From Marsupella aquatica (lineage: Eukaryota > Plantae > Marchantiophyta), in NCBI GenBank assembly GCA_973895155.1, contig OZ316898.1, positions 17,164,752 to 17,228,751 of the forward strand: 64,000 nucleotides of DNA, given 5' to 3'. Shown here in pieces: positions 61,823 to 64,000 of this stretch (within the stretch, counting starts at the first letter, position 1; each line of letters begins with the position of its first letter). Below the pieces are notes generated by a model that did no database searches, was not told the DNA's origin, and saw only the letters and a program-made list of their open reading frames with translations. A program made the translations under genes and the position numbers.

Positions 61823-64000
61823 CCTCTTCCTCAGGGGCTATCGTAAGATCCCTCCCTGAAAGAGTCCTGTATGGATTACCTCTCTTCCCCTCTTGCAAAT
61901 GACCTCCAGGGTAACCAAAGAGCTCGTCTATTTAACACAATGGAGCCAGACGAACTTCAATTTACAGGATCCTTCTTTTCGTAAATCTCTTGCCAAGCTA
62001 AAATGTCCAAAGGAGAGAGTCTAATCCAAAAAGACAGAGTATTTTGTGTTGCTTAACTTGTTCCACAACAAACGTATCGAACCCACCGCCGATGCATAAT
62101 GCACATCTGTTTCCTGAAGCTGGCAATGACATTCACAAAGTTTACCCACAGCCTTGCCTTGGGACAAAGGGTCGCAAGATTTCCACCATATTTCCATTAG
62201 CGTGCCTTCCCCCTCAGAACATCTACCAGGCTACCGGCAATTATGATGCATAAACGCATCTTTTGGTCCACGACGAACGTGGATCAGCTGCCATCTTGGT
62301 ATTCAGATCACTCATTCAATACCTTCCTACTACTGGTTTTGTTTTTGGCAGGGCTTCGATTCTGCCTTGAAATGGAAACTTACCAATAAATAAAGAATCA
62401 AACAGATGTCCCAGAAACCTCCAGAAAGGAGGGACAAGTGGCAGTGCTTCGATTCTGTCCTGAATGTCCGGAGTCGAAAGAGGAATGCTCCTGTCACACG
62501 AAGAGTAAGACTGTGACATTAGTCTGAGGTGGGTGGGTACTCGAGTGGCCGCCAGGGACTACAGTGATTACGAGTGAGGCGGAGGAATTGCACACCTGCA
62601 CACAATTACGGTATATGTGCACTTCAGCAACAAAGAGCTAGAAGTGTAGTAACTTTTGCTTTCATTTCTCCAACTACGAATCACATCGGAGAGTTCCGGT
62701 CGCATAATTCAGATGCATTTACACGATCTGCTGAGTCACGTGCCTTCAACAGTTTCCAAATCACGTTGTGCCTCTGGAGCTATCTAATTGCTGCTACTAG
62801 GTAATTTGAAGGTCACTTTGATGGAAGATTTTAACCGTCTCCAACTTTGCAAAGCTTACATGTCTTCATTGGCTCTATCCAGGGGAGATTCCTGTTCTCA
62901 TCTGCTAAACTTCGCCGTGTCCCGGAGTTGAGTAATTCGAGAAATCCCTTCCCGAAAAGGGAGAGCTTCAATTGCCTGTCTCCAAAATATGTCGGTAAGT
63001 CACCACAACCTATCTGACCTGATTCCGGCCTGCATTCCTATTGCCAACTGCTCTTTCCTAAGTTTTTCTGGGCCTGCCGTCGAATGATCATGAAGTTCGC
63101 TGAAGGTTGCTACTACTCTGTGGGACTTGTCCCTCATTGATCCTGAAGTTGACTACAGTAAGTAGGTTCATGCATTTGCCTCAATCAATTCATTCCATTG
63201 ATGCATGGATTGGTGTCGAGAAATTGGAGATAAAATATCACCAACACAATCGTCCTTGTACCAGGTAAAACTGAAAAGAGAGCCGTGATGAGAAAGTAGA
63301 CCAAATAAGTTATCTACAGATGACCGTCCCCCTTTCTCGTCTACAAAATTTTTGCAGCAAAAGACTACAGTTGAAAGTGAGGGTATATCAAACTTTTTAA
63401 AAACTAAGACAACAGACGGAAATTTTGCTCGCTCATGTAGTGCTGTCTACATACTGTACAGAGGAGCAATCCCACTCCCACAAGCGACCAATTTCTGGAA
63501 TTAAATGCACATAACTCGGTCAGTCCAGGATGTAATCAAAATGAACTAGACGTCGAGAACTCCCGTCATGTGTGAGAGACGAATGCACATCAGTAAATTA
63601 GCAAATCTCCAGCGAACCACACAGTCACGGAATTCACGGTGGTCTAAAGAATCCTGACATCTTCCAGCACCTTCGATATAAACAATAAGCTGCCTGTGTT
63701 TTGCAGAGATTGCCGTCAATCAGAACAGAAGCCACTCGAGAGACCAGTGGGAAATTGCAGCAGATGATCCTGGTCTGCAACCCAAACAAGTGCCAGACTA
63801 GAATACCCGCATTCACGATAATGAGAACAAGAAAGTGATAGACTCATGTCATCATCAGAGCTAGAGATGTACTTACCAAATACTACTTAAGAGAGAAGGA
63901 TTGGTGTCTTTCAAGACTTCTCCCATTCAGAAATTCAGCACTCAGTGCTTTAGCTTGCTCCTCTCCTGGCTCCTCCCTGACCGGCCCCTGACCGCAAAAT

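Overview
Eukaryotic land-plant nuclear DNA, most likely a bryophyte/liverwort-type genome (inference from gene families, intron sizes and long spliced 5' UTRs). No prokaryotic features such as CRISPR arrays or operons are present. Genes reconstructed by hand from GT-AG splicing: pelota/Dom34 (+, 16 exons, 378 aa); aprataxin-like macro-HIT-zinc finger gene (-, 4 exons); FMC1-like LYR protein (-, 2 coding exons); folate-biopterin (BT1) transporter (+); TauE/SafE sulfite-exporter family gene (+, with a first exon the ORF track misses); a plastid HEXXH peptidase-M41-like gene (-, 7 exons); an intronless CASP-like gene (+); an intronless LRR receptor kinase (-) and its tandem pseudogene. Intergenic DNA is rich in MITE-like foldback elements and local tandem duplications. 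The most notable observations are: (1) the FMC1-like gene ends about 170 bp upstream of what looks like a decayed N-terminal P-loop kinase domain of the aprataxin-like gene, suggesting one shared bicistronic or nested transcription unit plus in-situ domain loss; (2) the LRR-RLK joins an 'island + 4 LRR' ectodomain to a WAK/WAKL-type kinase domain. Homology statements rest on recalled family motifs, not on database searches.
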